Notes: a model not told the origin generated them from the letters alone. Shown: positions 1 to 13,101, counted from the whole stretch's first letter. The stretch is DNA of 60,067 nt, filler included, from Sphacelaria rigidula (GCA_964200075.2; 7 parts of 7 records of this genome joined end to end with filler, not necessarily neighbours in it), one strand, 5' to 3'. A program made the numbers and translations.

Positions 1-3
1 ATT

Positions 4-245
4 CCTACAAAGCCGGGACGGAGCACGCCGGGTTCTCGCCGGACGTAGCTCGCAAGCTATCACCAAGCGCGAAGGGCCGTGGTGTGTTCGGCGAGTCGCA
101 TAAAGGGTGAGCTGCACCCTGCGAAGATTGTTCGGCTCGAAGCGTGCTGATTATCTTGCATTTGAATGACAACCTCCAATGGGTTACTTCATTTTCTGGT
201 ACCACCACTCTCAGAGACACTGCCTCATTGGTGTCTCATCATTCA
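4..245. repeat. Dispersed repeat, direct-orientation homologue of 18888-19143
   Basis: Colinear shared blocks: cctacaaagc...agcacgcc...atcaccaagcgcgaag...gagtcgcat...gggtgagctg...ctgattatcttgca...cttcattttctg...cagagaca. Confidence 0.8.
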
Positions 246-461
246 AACACGACGTGATTTCATTATCCTCTTTGCATCGAATTGAGGTTCTCCCACCCCG
301 CACAATACGATCTAGCTCGACCACCACCATGGTCACCGCGAAAAAACCGCAAGCACGCAAATCAAATCGGTACCCTGGTCGCCTAGCCTACCCAATGAGT
401 GGCGTGTTTGACAGCATCATCACCAACCGACGCCAACCCCATAGGGAGGGGGAGGGGGGGG

Positions 462-830
462 GGGTACTCATTTGTTGCTTGTCTTCGTCGTTTGACCATT
501 GACCACGCATCCCTTGCGAGACAAAGGACCGTTCCTGTTCCTAGTAGAGAAATCTCCAACATTCGGGCGCTCATCGCGTTTCTTCTTTACACTACACAAA
601 AACATTTTCACATATCTCATCCACTTCCTGTTCCGCCGTCTCTGGCCACCACCTATCTCCTAGTGTAGCAATCGTTTTCTCGCTACTGTCTAACGCATCA
701 AACGATTCCATACCACCTTCGTTCTCTTCCCACGTTTTTCTCTTCAACATGTCCCGTTCCTCCTTGTAAAGTTGGCACTCTGCCACTATGTGAGCTCTAC
801 TCTGTATGGCTTTGCCACATAGGCAAGAGT
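462..830 (-). mobile_element. 3' end of a non-LTR retrotransposon (LINE): C-terminal CCHC zinc knuckle and C-rich tail, decayed
   Basis: Minus strand reads CLCGKAIQSRAHIVAECQLYKEERD...LGDRWWPETA (C-x-C-x7-H-x4-C) and ends ...GCVVNGQTTKTSNK* followed by a C-rich run. The same terminus recurs at 868, 20551, 25621 and 34383. Confidence 0.75.
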
Positions 831-861
831 CGGCAGGGGGGGGAGGGTGCTTGTGATGAAG

Positions 862-932
862 GGAGGGGGCGTACTCATTTGTTGCTTGCCTTAGTCATTT
901 GACCATTGACCACGCATCCCTTTCGAGACGGG
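862..932 (-). mobile_element. 5'-truncated copy of the same LINE 3' terminus
   Basis: gggcgtactcatttgttgcttgccttagtcatttgaccattgaccacgcatccctttcgagacgg, near-identical to the other copies. Confidence 0.8.
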
Positions 933-3580
933 GGGAAGGGAGATCGATACTTGAATTCATAGTATCATAGTACGTGGGCTCTTAATCGTATCAGAACTTT
1001 AAAACTGAAGCTGTTCGCATGTTCAGAGTAATGTTCGTGGACTAGGAGTAAATAAGTGTACTGTTTTCGAGATCTGGAATTGAGTCAACAGCGGATCGGA
1101 GGAATAGAGTTGAAGAGGTCATTGCGAGTCACTGGTGAGGAGACTTAGTCCAGAGTTCCCCGGAGATCGCACAGCACATATAGGGGGAGGTCGATAAAGA
1201 CCGATTCACCTGACCCGGTCGTGTGTGTACGATGGATCCCTCCTGCGTTGATGAAGCATCTTGCAGAGGTCGTCATACTGCTCTATTTGTGCAATTTTCG
1301 AGCAATCTCTTGTGTAAAGGACGACTGTAAGGTTAAAGGGGGGAGGAGGGGGGGTGGCGGGGCTTGGAGATGTTCCACTCCTCGATTGCCGGCGAATTTT
1401 CATAGCTTACCCGCAGCAAGTCGACCACTTCGTGATGCTTAAGCGATGCCCTCGGAACATTTTCGTACAGCGTCCCGGCAGACGCTCCCAGAACATCCAG
1501 CTCGCCTGCACAATCCACGAATGGGTTAAATACATGCATGGCGGAGTGGCACGATCTGTTAGCTACTATATCTCTATAAACATGATGGCAAAGTGAGACG
1601 TAGTTGCTCTGATGTTTTGTGGCACGCAGTTTTTGAAATTTGTTTGTGGTCAGGAAACAGTCTCGCTGATGGCTTTGGAAGCGCGAAGCTCTGTCGTTGA
1701 TACAAAACGGCGTGTACGAGCAACGCTATCAAGGACTCTAGGCAGATGGTGTTTTTATTTGGATCTCACAGTAACGCACGAGCATCCCCATTAAACTATA
1801 GACTCTTCAAAAACCGAAAAGAGGTACCCTTTTTCTATTCGGATGCCTGCGTGTTCCAAAGCTCGAGGTTTTCGCACTCGTTTCTGACCGTTACTGCCAC
1901 TTTGTGCACGCGTTTTCTCGTACTTAATTCAAGCGTATTTGTCAAGGCAAATCAAGCATGTAGTTATGCATCGCTTGACACACGTTGTTTTGTAAGACTC
2001 ACTTATGTAGGCTGCCAATCTCTCCATCGATGCTCCGTGGCAAAGGCCGAGTCGAATCATACACCACAAAAAGCGTGCAATCTGCACGGATGATCAAAAC
2101 AACAAAACAGCGTAAATCGTCGACAGGGTGATCTGTCGACTTTACACTTACAGCAGGTTAAATTCCGACATAGCTAAGAAGGCTGAGTGCGACCCTCCAC
2201 TTGCTCCCTACTCCGGAGTCTTCGCGGTACTGTAGCTGAAGAAAAGAGTACGAACTTCTGTGGCTCAAGACCTCCAAGGATTTGAGATGATCTCGGTTCC
2301 ATGCGTTGGACTGAAAAGGTGCTACATGATTTTTGGCCGTAGCCCTGAACGCCCAGACTTTCTGTATCGGGCCATCCCCCACTGTATTAGGTGAAAAAGC
2401 CACTACATCGTAACCTTCCATACTAACTTTCAGATGTAAGCTCAGCCCAAGTGTTTCATTTGCTCTTCTCTCAAATTCGATCCCAGCCCTGAGCGGGTCA
2501 TGTTTTTGGCCGGGGGAATTCTTGGGCCTGAGCGTCAATTCATCGTATCCCACAGAATACGATAGCTCAATATTGAGCTACCTTCGCCTTGCGCAAGGTC
2601 CGTTCTCAGTGGAAGTTGTGTAGTACTTCTCCTCAGTCCTTTGAGGGGTGAGGAATACTCCGACCTTCTCGACAGTTTCTTTGTCAGGAGACAAATGACT
2701 CCCACTAAACAAACCGAGGACGCTCGCTGGAACCAAACACGTTCTACAGAGTTTTTAGCTGGCCTCCCGTGTACCTGAGTGGTAAAAAGAGTGCTGAGCA
2801 GCAGAACGTACCTCGAATCTGACCCCCTGGAACTTCAGTCGTCTATCTTGAGACTCCAAAGTTTCTAAGCTGATATCGCTGAGTATGTCGGTCTTTTCGA
2901 CGAAATGGGACAGGAGCTGCTTTAATCCCTCCCTGGAAGGCAGCGCATAGAGGCGTCCAACGGGAGGTAGCGAGAATGCGTTCCACACGTGCCCGAACTT
3001 TGAAACAGTAGCACTCTCTTCCCTCCCCCTCCCCGGGACCACAATCGATCTGGCTACTCCGCGCCATATTAGGCTATGCCAACCGGTATTCCCACTTGAC
3101 CACAGGAGCTCGGCTCCTCGAACAGTACTGGGAATACAGGATTACTGGTCTGATACGTGGTGTCAGTGTCTTGAACGTTTTCATACTTTGATGTCCTTAT
3201 CTTCAAACGAACTATGACGCTTCCCGCAGTGAATGCGTCCTTCGCAGAATCATTCTCGAGCTTTTTCAGGCATATTCGAACTGCACTCTCGCTGGATTTG
3301 TGATCTGGGCTGATTCGCACGTGCGTTTCGGGCAAAAATGCCCACGTTCAGCAACCCGCACCCAAATTCAACGAAATTATGTCAAACAAGCTCGCCGATA
3401 CTCCTCCGCACGCGTAGACGTTCCGCGCACACTGAAAATACCGAAGTGGAGCTTCCACCGCATGATTAGCACACTGGCGCAAGGCTTTACAACGATTCAG
3501 TGCAGCTTCATCTAGCGATATGCCGGGCCCAGCACGTAAAGGCGGCGCTTGCTACGCGCCGGAAACGTAAGTGTGTGGAG

Positions 3581-3791
3581 TGTAATGCGTGAGAGGACCG
3601 CGTGCTTAGAGGACGGCGCCGAGGCTCGGATCACCACATGATCGACGTTTTTCAAAATCAATCGGGCCAGTCCCTGCAGGTACCACGCCCCTGACCCCAA
3701 CCCCAACACTAACCCTAACCCTAACCCTAGCCATAGGGATGTTCAAATTCCAATTCGGTCCTCTAAGCACGCGGTCCTCTCACGCATTATA
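3581..3791. mobile_element. MITE with 34-bp TIRs, 4-bp TSD (GGAG) and internal telomeric (CCCTAA)n repeats
   Basis: tgtaatgcgtgagaggaccgcgtgcttagaggac (3581-3614) is the reverse complement of 3758-3791 with 1 mismatch; ggag flanks both ends; ctaaccctaaccctaaccctag at ~3709-3730. Confidence 0.85.
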
Positions 3792-6625
3792 GGAGGGTCA
3801 AGTATTATTTGATTCATTTGCGACAATTGTGGGATGTTCAGACGGTATCTCTCGAGCGCGCGCGCGGGGGGGGGGCGGGGGCGACACCTTGTATCCATCT
3901 ACGATTATCAATCCCTAACCGCAGGACGATCGGCGCTACATGACACTTGCTGTAGGCTCACCTGAGATGCCCGGCCCATTCCGTCGAGGAATCGCCACCC
4001 ACGCACAAATACGCCAGGTTTGCAAAGGTACCAAGTACTCTCTGGTGCATGTTCCTTTTGCCATCTCTTGCCAGCAATGTCAGTAAGGTCCCCAAGACAT
4101 CGGAGCCAGATGGATCACCCGCGATAAAGTCCGTGAGATCGGAGGCACATCTGAGTGAAGTAAGTATGGATAATGGCCATTGCCGCGATCGTAAGGTGCC
4201 AAGTGGCAGTAGATGATGACACAGCTTGTGCTCATGTTGCGATATGACTATTGATTGGGTATCTTGTTCGATTTGGTTCCGGAAGTAATTAGGTGGTCAT
4301 GAAAACATTGTGCTACCTGCCAGCAAGTTTGCCACATTCAGTGCTCGTCGATATCTGTGTTTAGGGTAAATGTCATCACTCAACGACTCGAAACTAGCGT
4401 GCAGCCGTGTACTATGTGGTCGTGGACAGCGAAGGTTGCGTTGAACATTTCTGGTCGAGAAACCAGATGAAAGGATAAAGCAGTATACAACATTTTACTT
4501 GTTTCGGGCAAGGCATTCAAGGCGGCTGGAGTCGGGTTTACGCCCACTCGCCGCCAAAAAACGACGATTGATGCACGTTTGCTTATGCTAAACCATGGCG
4601 CTATTCCTAACCCGAACCCCGAGACATACCCACCGGTGAGGGAGGTAGTTCGAGTCCCATAGGCAACGTGTCCTATTTTTTGGCTCAAACCGGCCCCCGA
4701 GGCGTTGGTTCGAATCAAACTGCGCCTTGCGCACGCTGGGCGCACGCTCGAAACTATGAAACTCGTAATGGTCCAAACATGAGGGTTCATAATCAAGTAC
4801 TTAAAAACAATCCCTTATTTGCCCCATACTGAGGTAAACTTTGCTGTTGGAAGCTGACTGGCTGGCGGCGACCAAGTGCACAAGACTCGATATGCACCGG
4901 GGTTGCGCTCGAAAGTAGACTCTGGTTGGTAGGGGCAGAAGACACCCAACCTGAAAATAGCGCTGTCCATTCTTTGTGGGGAAGGACCAATACATTGATG
5001 GCACTTTACTACTGACAGAGTTCACTCTATTACCCACAGCCAAGAGCACACCGATTGCCATCTTTGCCAGAGAACTGTGTGATCGATTGACTGTCGCAAA
5101 CAAAGGGATGATACCCTACGGAACCAAGCGTGGTAACAATATAGACGCATTCAAGTGAAACGCACGAACCCACTTGGTGAGGGAAGCCCGAACAGAGTGG
5201 GGACTGAAAAAGGTACAAGAAAACGCGCAGAGTAAACCGGTAAGAAAAATTGAGAAACAAGAGGCTCGTTGACCACACATCTAGTTGAGGTCCCCGGAAA
5301 GATCGGCAAGCCCCTGCCACAAGGCTTCCAGTTACGGGGTCGAAGATACGTTATACCGCAGGAACAAATTACGGCTCAACTGTTCAGCGACCATTTTATT
5401 TGGACACAAGCTCTCACCTGCCAGCTCTGCAGATGCAGGGGGGGTAGCGGGGGGGACATTTTTATGGCTCAAAGAGAGACGAAAAAGAGTATTCAAGGGG
5501 AAGAAAACGGAACGCGAAAAGGGGAAAATGGGAAAAAAAGATGATGAACGAAAGACAAGACTGAGGGGAAGGAAGGGTACTTCCAAATATGCAGGAGCGA
5601 ATTCCAATTTTTGTCGTTACCGCATTAGATCGGTGGATATTGAACACTGGAAATTAAAAAATATCTTCATGAGTAGGACTGGCAAGAGGCGTGGCGCAAA
5701 CCTGCGCATGGAGGCAAGATTGTGAACGCAGCTGACGATCCTCCGAAGGACGTCTCCTTCCTCGTCATCCTGGCAAAGGAGACGGAAGATCATCTTGAGC
5801 AGCTCCGGCTGCACTAGCCCCGACGCGTTGTCCGCACGTTTGCTGAAATTCCAGATCACTATACAAAAAAGAAAGGATCGTACATACACGTACCGTAAGT
5901 GCGGAGTAGACTGGGTACAGGGCTTGCGTTGGACGTATCCCACATTACTCCGCCAAAGGCAGGTTTGCATAAATGTGGGGGATTTAAAAGTACTGGCCTC
6001 GGTAAACGCCTTGGCCACCTGAGCTACCCCGGGCGAAGACTGTGGAGCCACTGCTTTTTGCCAGAGAGTACCCAATCCGACTGAATGAAGTGAAGGATAT
6101 GCAAGTAGTAACAATTGCATTTTACGCCGGGTTTCGCCCGTTTTGAGCCCAAGATAGGCAGGTCGATCGCTAGCAGGCCTAAGGGGTGCAAACGTTCGGG
6201 AGAGGTCAAAGTTCGGAGTTCCGCGTTCGACGTGGTCGGCGAATCATAGCGAGCTACAGTTTCGTTCACACACAGATCGAACACCATGGATGAGTCTCGA
6301 AGACTACCTTGCGCAAACCAGCCACTCGAATGCCGTAAAATATGGCGGGGCGATCACACGTTCTGCGATAATGACCAAGGACAGGCCAGTTCTTCTGACG
6401 GATCATTGGCAAGCGCTTAGGAACGGAGAGTAGCCTTTTTGGTTACCAGGGAGGGTAGAACTACCTCAGGGCACCGTTCAGTGAACAACGTGCTTTTGAG
6501 CTGTGCCGCAAGACGACCCACAAGGCCTGGACATAACACAGAGCTGGCGGAGTTACTCAGAGCTATACAGTTTTTTTCAGACTGCTACCTACCTCAAGTA
6601 ACACTAAGGGCCACCAAGAATTTGG

Positions 6626-6790
6626 ATTGATTGATTGATTGATTGATTGTCGCACTTTAACTGACCCCCCAGGGGTCCCGTCGTGGTCTCATGATAGACG
6701 TACCCAAAAAAAACGAAACTGAAACACGCTCTGAGAAAAAAAAGGAACAAAAAAACACAGAAAAAGGGGGTCGACCAGAACGACATATCA
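6626..6790 (-). mobile_element. Retroposon 3' end with (CAAT)n tail; related copies at ~10634-10675 and ~36370-36510
   Basis: (gatt)n-gtcg.ac.tta....ga.ccccc.ggg.tcc shared by three loci; 6626 and 36400 also share cgtggtc.catg.t.gacgtaccc...actgaaa. Confidence 0.65.
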
Positions 6791-8496
6791 GACTAAGTCG
6801 TGACAAAAACAATAATAATCAAAAAGTATGGATGATCATATATGGGATGACTCACCGGTAGCGATGTTAAGTCTGGCTGACACGACGTACTTGTCCACCT
6901 TCGCCACATCTTTCATGTCTCGGTCGCACAGCCACTGCAGCAGCACTCGTGGAAGCATCTGCCACACCGCGACGATTGTACATCTTTGAGACATAAAACG
7001 TCTATGCTAACCAAGGTGTTCTCACATTCAAAATGCATACCGGTGTCCTGCACCGGGTGTTTCACTTCCCCATAGCCCAAGATGAGCTGCAGTGAAGATC
7101 TTAATCCCGCAGTGCAAGCACAAAGCAAACCGTTCGGTTCAAAAGCAATTTATTCGATCGCAAAACGCCGGTGGGAGATTGTCACTGCGCTGCTCGTTGC
7201 TGCTGCCGGTTTTTGCACCTAGCTTGTTGATCTTCAAGTGGATCCCCTACCATACGGACCACACATCAGGTTTACACGCCCGATCATATCCACAGCTGAG
7301 TCAGCTGCGGAAGCTCAACCAAGACAAATGCTTTGACTTGGCGAGCAAGCACCAATACGGCGATATTATGCTGCAACTCACAGCTGACAAAGTATATAGG
7401 CTTTTGATATGCCATCGACTTTAGTCGGTCACTCCAGATCGCAGTATCAACTGAAACAAGATCACGAACCTCGTCAGCAGTCTGGTACATCTGGATTTTG
7501 TTGTCATCGTGCCAGCTGAGGTTGGACAAGAAGCTGCTCACCACGCACCGTGTGCGCATCTGTCTCACATCGACGCCGCCATGACAAGCAGCAGCGAGAA
7601 CAATCGGCAGTGACGCACATGGTGTATGCGGATAGTGTTTGATTCATGGGGCAGTAATGAAGGAGGCACGGAGGCACAACACGAACCTTTCACGCTGGTA
7701 TACAAAGAAGGAGTGGTTCTACAGTAGGGGTGCACGATCGTTTTCCTTCACTTTAGGAGTCTCTCGATGACAAGCATATGGGCCTTGGCGTTCAGCCTCA
7801 GAAAACGGTTGAACTCAAAGTAATTGTACCCCTACCGAAGCATCACTTGATATGGGAGGAGGCAGGCATAGTAACGGACTTGATGCTGAAGCAAAGCACG
7901 GAGATACCGAATTCAAGCACGACAAGATACGGCAGTTTCAGTGGCCGAAAGTGGGAATATTCCTGACACACGTTTTAGTGCGGTCTCTTGGGTAGAATCC
8001 CATATTGCTGGAGAACTGCTACCGAGTGATTTTCACCCACGTGTTAATCCTCTATGACGGAAACATTATTTACATGTGTCGTGTCAATCAAGACACGTGA
8101 TGTTTGCTTCTCGTTTTTCCAGCACCAGCAAGCAACGTTGCTCCGCACCAGAAAAAAAGACAGGAAGCTGTGAGGGTATGCGCGAAATGACAGTGAGCAG
8201 AGCATGTGAACCGCACCTGGTATGAGTTTGTACGTCGTGAACCCACAGTAAGCGAACGTGAACGAAACTCGTCGTATTTCTGCTTGATCACTATCAATTT
8301 CCCCTCTGTTTCTATGAACACGCGGGCCGTGCTTAGAGTCAGCACACGTCAGCCGTTACCAATATATGAACTCGTATGCCAGGACGCGAAATCGGGCCTT
8401 AGTAAGTGCGGAAAGCCGTCTCCAAAAAATAGCCGATTCTCGAAAATGGGGTTGAAAAACAAAATGAGGTTCAACTCAAAAGCCGTGCTTTCCCTG

Positions 8497-8596
8497 NNNN
8501 NNNNNNNNNNNNNNNNNNNNNNNNNNNNNNNNNNNNNNNNTTAATTAATTAANNNNNNNNNNNNNNNNNNNNNNNNNNNNNNNNNNNNNNNNNNNN
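8497..8596. other. Scaffold gap with artificial linker
   Basis: N44-TTAATTAATTAA-N44, identical 100-bp structure at all six gaps. Confidence 0.97.
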
Positions 8597-9755
8597 AACC
8601 TCAAGTAGCAGAGCTGCAAGCAGGCAAGCAGACAGCAAGTGGTATATTGCCCCAGCAGTGGGTCATTGCGGTACAGCCGACAACACGTGTTTTGGGATCA
8701 TATGCGGGCAATAACACTCCCTCAACAATCGGGGTTGTCATCCGCGTTGCACCAAGGACACGAAGTGGGAAATGCTTCCTTAACACGACCTGTCTTTCCA
8801 CCGCATAACAACTCTCGAACTTTCGAGTGAAGGAGACCAATCGCCTGCGAAAAACAATCAATTCACAAACAATTCAACAGCATACCACAGTTAGACAAAC
8901 TGTATCGAAATAACGACAATTGACGCCGCGGTGAGGGACGAAGGCTTACGCCGTATTGTTCGAACACCGCAAAAATGGGATTTTTTTCCAGAGCACTAAC
9001 ATCTTGTGCCAATACCCCGAAACGCTAGCACGCTCGAGTGGTGAATTTAACTCTGCCTGCAGAAAAGATCTAATAGGTAATTTCCTGACTCAGATACGCC
9101 CTTCTGCATAATCCAGTCCGCATGTCCATGCGCCCGAGTTCAGTACCAATTTCCACAGAGGTTGCCCTGCACATCAATGCGGCCGGCCAACAGTATGAGT
9201 GGACGGTCAAATCTGTCCACGTTGATGATGCTGTCCGAGCAGATGTAAATGTTTTCATCGAACTTTACTGCGTCATCAGCTCTGCGTGAGCACGTCTCCG
9301 AAAGTATGGTTCCCAACTCTGTGGTCAGCCCAAGGCTCATTCACCACTGGACGTCCGGTTCCTTCAAGCGGAGGTGTTGGAAGCTGTGCCGTACGGATGT
9401 GCTACATGGATGCCGCGTTCCGAGGACACCAACAATCTGCCTTACAAGCAATATTTTCAACCCTCATCTGTGGGATAAACGAATATGTATTCGGGGTATC
9501 GAAAAAGGATGAAGCCGAGGAAATTCTAACGACAGGGCGAGATCGTGACAGAAGCCAAGAGACGATTTGCACTCGCCCCTGTCACAGGAGAAAACTCGAC
9601 CCGTGATGGGGGGTTGCGAGTGGTCTACAATATTGTGCCGAAACACATCACTAGCACAGCTACATCCACCATTTCACGACACCATCGCCATTATCCCTCC
9701 CCCAAACCAATTCTGGGTCAAACATGCCACTGACAGGGTATCGGGTTTGTATGCC

Positions 9756-9965
9756 TCAGGGACTCGGGGGTTTAAACTGGGCCACGTTTTTTGTTCTAAC
9801 CCAAGCCCAGTGCACCCCTTCGCCACGCTCGTCGACAAACTCCATACTCTTCTCGAAGCTGGTGAATGACGTATATTTCTTCTTCGTCTTCACCCCATCA
9901 AACTCGAAGCGCTTGATCACCTCCTTGAGCGATTCGTACTGAAGTCCGTCAAGTGGAGCAGGCCT
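9756..9965 (-). CDS. ROCO protein, terminal exon (not in the ORF track)
   Basis: TAGCAG acceptor, then an open phase-0 frame RPAPLDGLQYESLKEVIKRFEFDG...FEKSMEFVDERGEGVHWAWVRTKNVAQFKPPSP* (TGA 9758-9756); phase-compatible with the donor AAG|GTAGGC at 10717. Confidence 0.8.
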   Translation of the reverse strand, partial: RPAPLDGLQYESLKEVIKRFEFDGVKTKKKYTSFTSFEKSMEFVDERGEGVHWAWVRTKNVAQFKPPSP

Positions 9966-10716
9966 CTGCTAACGATGTATGGCAACGCCGGGGGAATGGG
10001 AGCGCAGGGGCAAAATACAGCCAACAAAACTGCGAGTAAGATGGAATTGTAGACACTAATAAATTCAGCACCCATGCCATTTCTACCTGTGGTAATTGGT
10101 ACCCTCCTCAGGGGGAAAAAAAAACCCTGCAAGACTTGTTCTCGGCATGTTGCGACACGCAACTATATTCATGAACCGGAGGGTGAGTATTGCCAAAAGG
10201 AGCTGTTTACGAAGCTCGTAGGGGTTTGGGATATTGTCCGCAGTTTCAGGGAAACAAGGAGTACTGGACAACTCGAGTGCATATGAAACCCCCTACAGGG
10301 GAGATGCTGTGGACAAATGATCCCAATCTTTGGGTGAGGGTAACCGATAGGGAGCCATGCCATCACACGCCAGACACATCGAGATGCACGGGGAATGAAG
10401 TATCCGGGCACTTTCCGTCGAGATCACTACGAACGCGTGTTTTATCGTGCGCTGGTCGTCAGCAGCGCGGGCGGTTCCATTCATTCGATATTTCAACATC
10501 AGCCTTCTAGAGCTGCTACGAATACCCCACTCTTTCGATTTTTTCCGTTCCGACAAACCACACCCATGCTGCCCACAAAATCTGTCGGCGTGGTTGTTAC
10601 GGGTTCAAGGGGTGGGCGTCTTCCCGCCACGGGTTGATTGATTGTCGTACATTAACGGATCCCCCGGGAATCCAGATATCATATCCATTACTCGCTTCAG
10701 ATCGAAGTATGCCTAC

Positions 10717-11523
10717 CTTTGGCTCCTCGCTCAAGTGTTCCAGCTGCTGTCCGTCGGTGCCACTCTCCAGACCACCCCTCCCAACGGCTGTCACCCCATC
10801 CACAGCTGCAGCCCCTGATTCCTCGACGATATCCGATATCGCGCCTCCCAAGGAATCGCCGAAGGCAGCGTCGATTGCGTCCGTAGGAATGAACAAACCG
10901 GTGCAAACCTTCAGCGTTATACTCGCAAGGACCAATGCCACCTTTGCAAGCGGCATTGCCTTCGCCGCCCACTCCCTCAGCTGCTTCACTTTGTATCCCT
11001 GACCGTTAGGTCCGCACTCGGCGAGACTGCAATCATGGCTGCAGAGAAAAAACAAGCGCAGTTTTCGGTTGACGATGCCCCCAACAGCCTTGCCGTTGCG
11101 CCATCGTTTCCCACTAACGTTGCCCCCACCAGCCGTTTTGCCGTCGCGGCACCAAGCCTTCAGCCGGCCAGACCAGCTCAACAAGCTTCTGTCGTCATCG
11201 CTGAGAGTGCCCTCGTGTTTTGGCAGGAGACATACCAAGCGAGGGACGGGCCACCTCAAGCATGCTACATCCAACGACACGTTCCGCCATAGTTGACGAT
11301 CCGAATCTCCCAGACCACCGTCCGAGATGCGGTCAATCTTTGATCCAAGATCGCGCACCAACCTTTCCAGCTTGGCGCTAAGCGGCGGCGGGTAGCCTTT
11401 GTTCAGGTGCAAACCGTCGAGGTTTCGAACCAGAGTGTCGATTTCCTTGCCCACTTGTCCCCGCCCATGCATCCGGCACGCGTCAAGAATGCGACCCAGT
11501 TCAACCTTGAGATCTTGCTGACC
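10717..11523 (-). CDS. ROCO protein, post-COR C-terminal domain exon
   Basis: ttcacag|GGT acceptor, AAG|gtaggc donor, 269 open codons including WPVPRLVCLLP and LRLFFLCSHDCSLAECGPNGQGYKVKQLREW. Confidence 0.85.
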
Positions 11524-12225
11524 CTGTGAAGGTGAGTGGCGGAAAACGAAGAAAGATCGAATTAATATTCGTGCTGAGGAGTACCTTTGATCATTTTCCA
11601 CACATGTAGTTTATAAACCACCAAGACAATTCCGAAGTGTCACAATTGGTAAAGGTGAATGACGGACCGCCAACCAGGACGACCGTCAGTGAAATATGTA
11701 GCATGACCCGACCACAATCATTCTTTAGACGCAAACGTTTGGCGCAATCAAACAACAGCCGGATTCAGGTCCGACATGGCCGACCTCGAGACTGCGGGCT
11801 GATTGAGAGTAAGATATCGTTATATACCCATTTTATTTTGGTGCCACGTATAATCGGAATCGGCACTTGCGATGCTGGATACTTGCAACCCTTTCGACGT
11901 ACACAGGGCGAGAGGTTGACTACGACACTAATTTTTTAGTATCGACTGCCGGTTGCACGCACTAGGTTTAACACAAGGGCGAACATACATTTGTGAAATA
12001 CACTCGGAGAACAGTATCGTTCCACTTTTTGACTTCGGTTCACCTCCATCCACGCCCGCATACTACTCTGACGGACGTGAACAGAACAGCATGGCCTTTA
12101 CATACACTCGGGCGACGCCGGAGACATGACCGCCGTTCGACAGTGGTGTACGCACCACAACCCAAGACATCGACAAAGAGGTCGGACCATGCATCATCAC
12201 TGCAAGCAATCCCACCACGACACAC

Positions 12226-13101
12226 CTCCCCGATGCGTTCCAGGTGCTCCTTGAGATTGTCCAAGCTATCTACCCAAGCCTGCACGCCAAACTTGTAATG
12301 AGGCGCTTCCGATGCATCAAACTGCAGTCCAGGGTATCGCCACTTGAGTAACTTGACCAGGGCATCTCTCACATCACACCCGGGTTTGTTCACCGCCTCG
12401 GGGGTGCTCCCTGCGATATCGATCTCAATCCTGCAGGGCAGGTCGTCATGGGGATCATGTAGACAAACCAGGTACTCCAGACCTCCCATCGCAAACGTCG
12501 CTCCTCTGTTCCAGCACGAGTGGAAGTCGATATTAGTCATGTCGCAGAAAGTCCCAAGGAATTGAGCAATCAGCCCGGCAGGCACGTATTTGCTGAAAAC
12601 TTCCACAATGATCTGCATCTGGACACCATGAGAAATGAACGTCTTCAATTGCAGAAGACCGGCTTCGCCGACACGAACCGGCAGACGTGCTGGCACCATG
12701 AGCTCATCGCCATCAGCGACGACACCGCGAGCGCCATGATCATCGTTAACGGGAGCGCAACGAAACATCGCACCGTGAGTCGCCATGGTCGAGATCATAC
12801 GATCGATCACGTCTTTGTTGTTGGGCTCGACTTTTTTACGCCACAGAAATCTGACGTAAGGCTTGGTGAGTCTGCCGGCGTTGACAAACTTCCTGTGTAC
12901 AGCCACCAGCTCGTCGAAAGCAACCCCTTTCTCACGACAGTACCCCATCAACTGCTTTTTCCACCAGCTAGCCTTGGTTGGATCAACCAGGTCATGGTCC
13001 AGCAGGGCTCGCAGCAGAACGTTGATCCATGATGGGTTGAGATGCACTAAGCCACACGTCACCAGCATCGTGCCCCCGATTTCGCGCATTTTCAGCGCCG
13101 C
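12226..13101 (-). CDS. ROCO protein, COR domain exon
   Basis: ttcag|GCG acceptor, GAG|gtgtgt donor, 292 open codons; COR-like motifs VHLNPSWINVLLRALLDH, GRLTKPYVRFLW, LMVPARLP, YVPAGLIAQFL, CWNRGA, YPGL. Confidence 0.88.

Noticed and set aside
8541-8552. TTAATTAATTAA motif recurring about every 8.6 kb
   Set aside because: It is always centred in an identical 100-bp N gap, so it is an artificial six-frame-stop linker rather than biological sequence.
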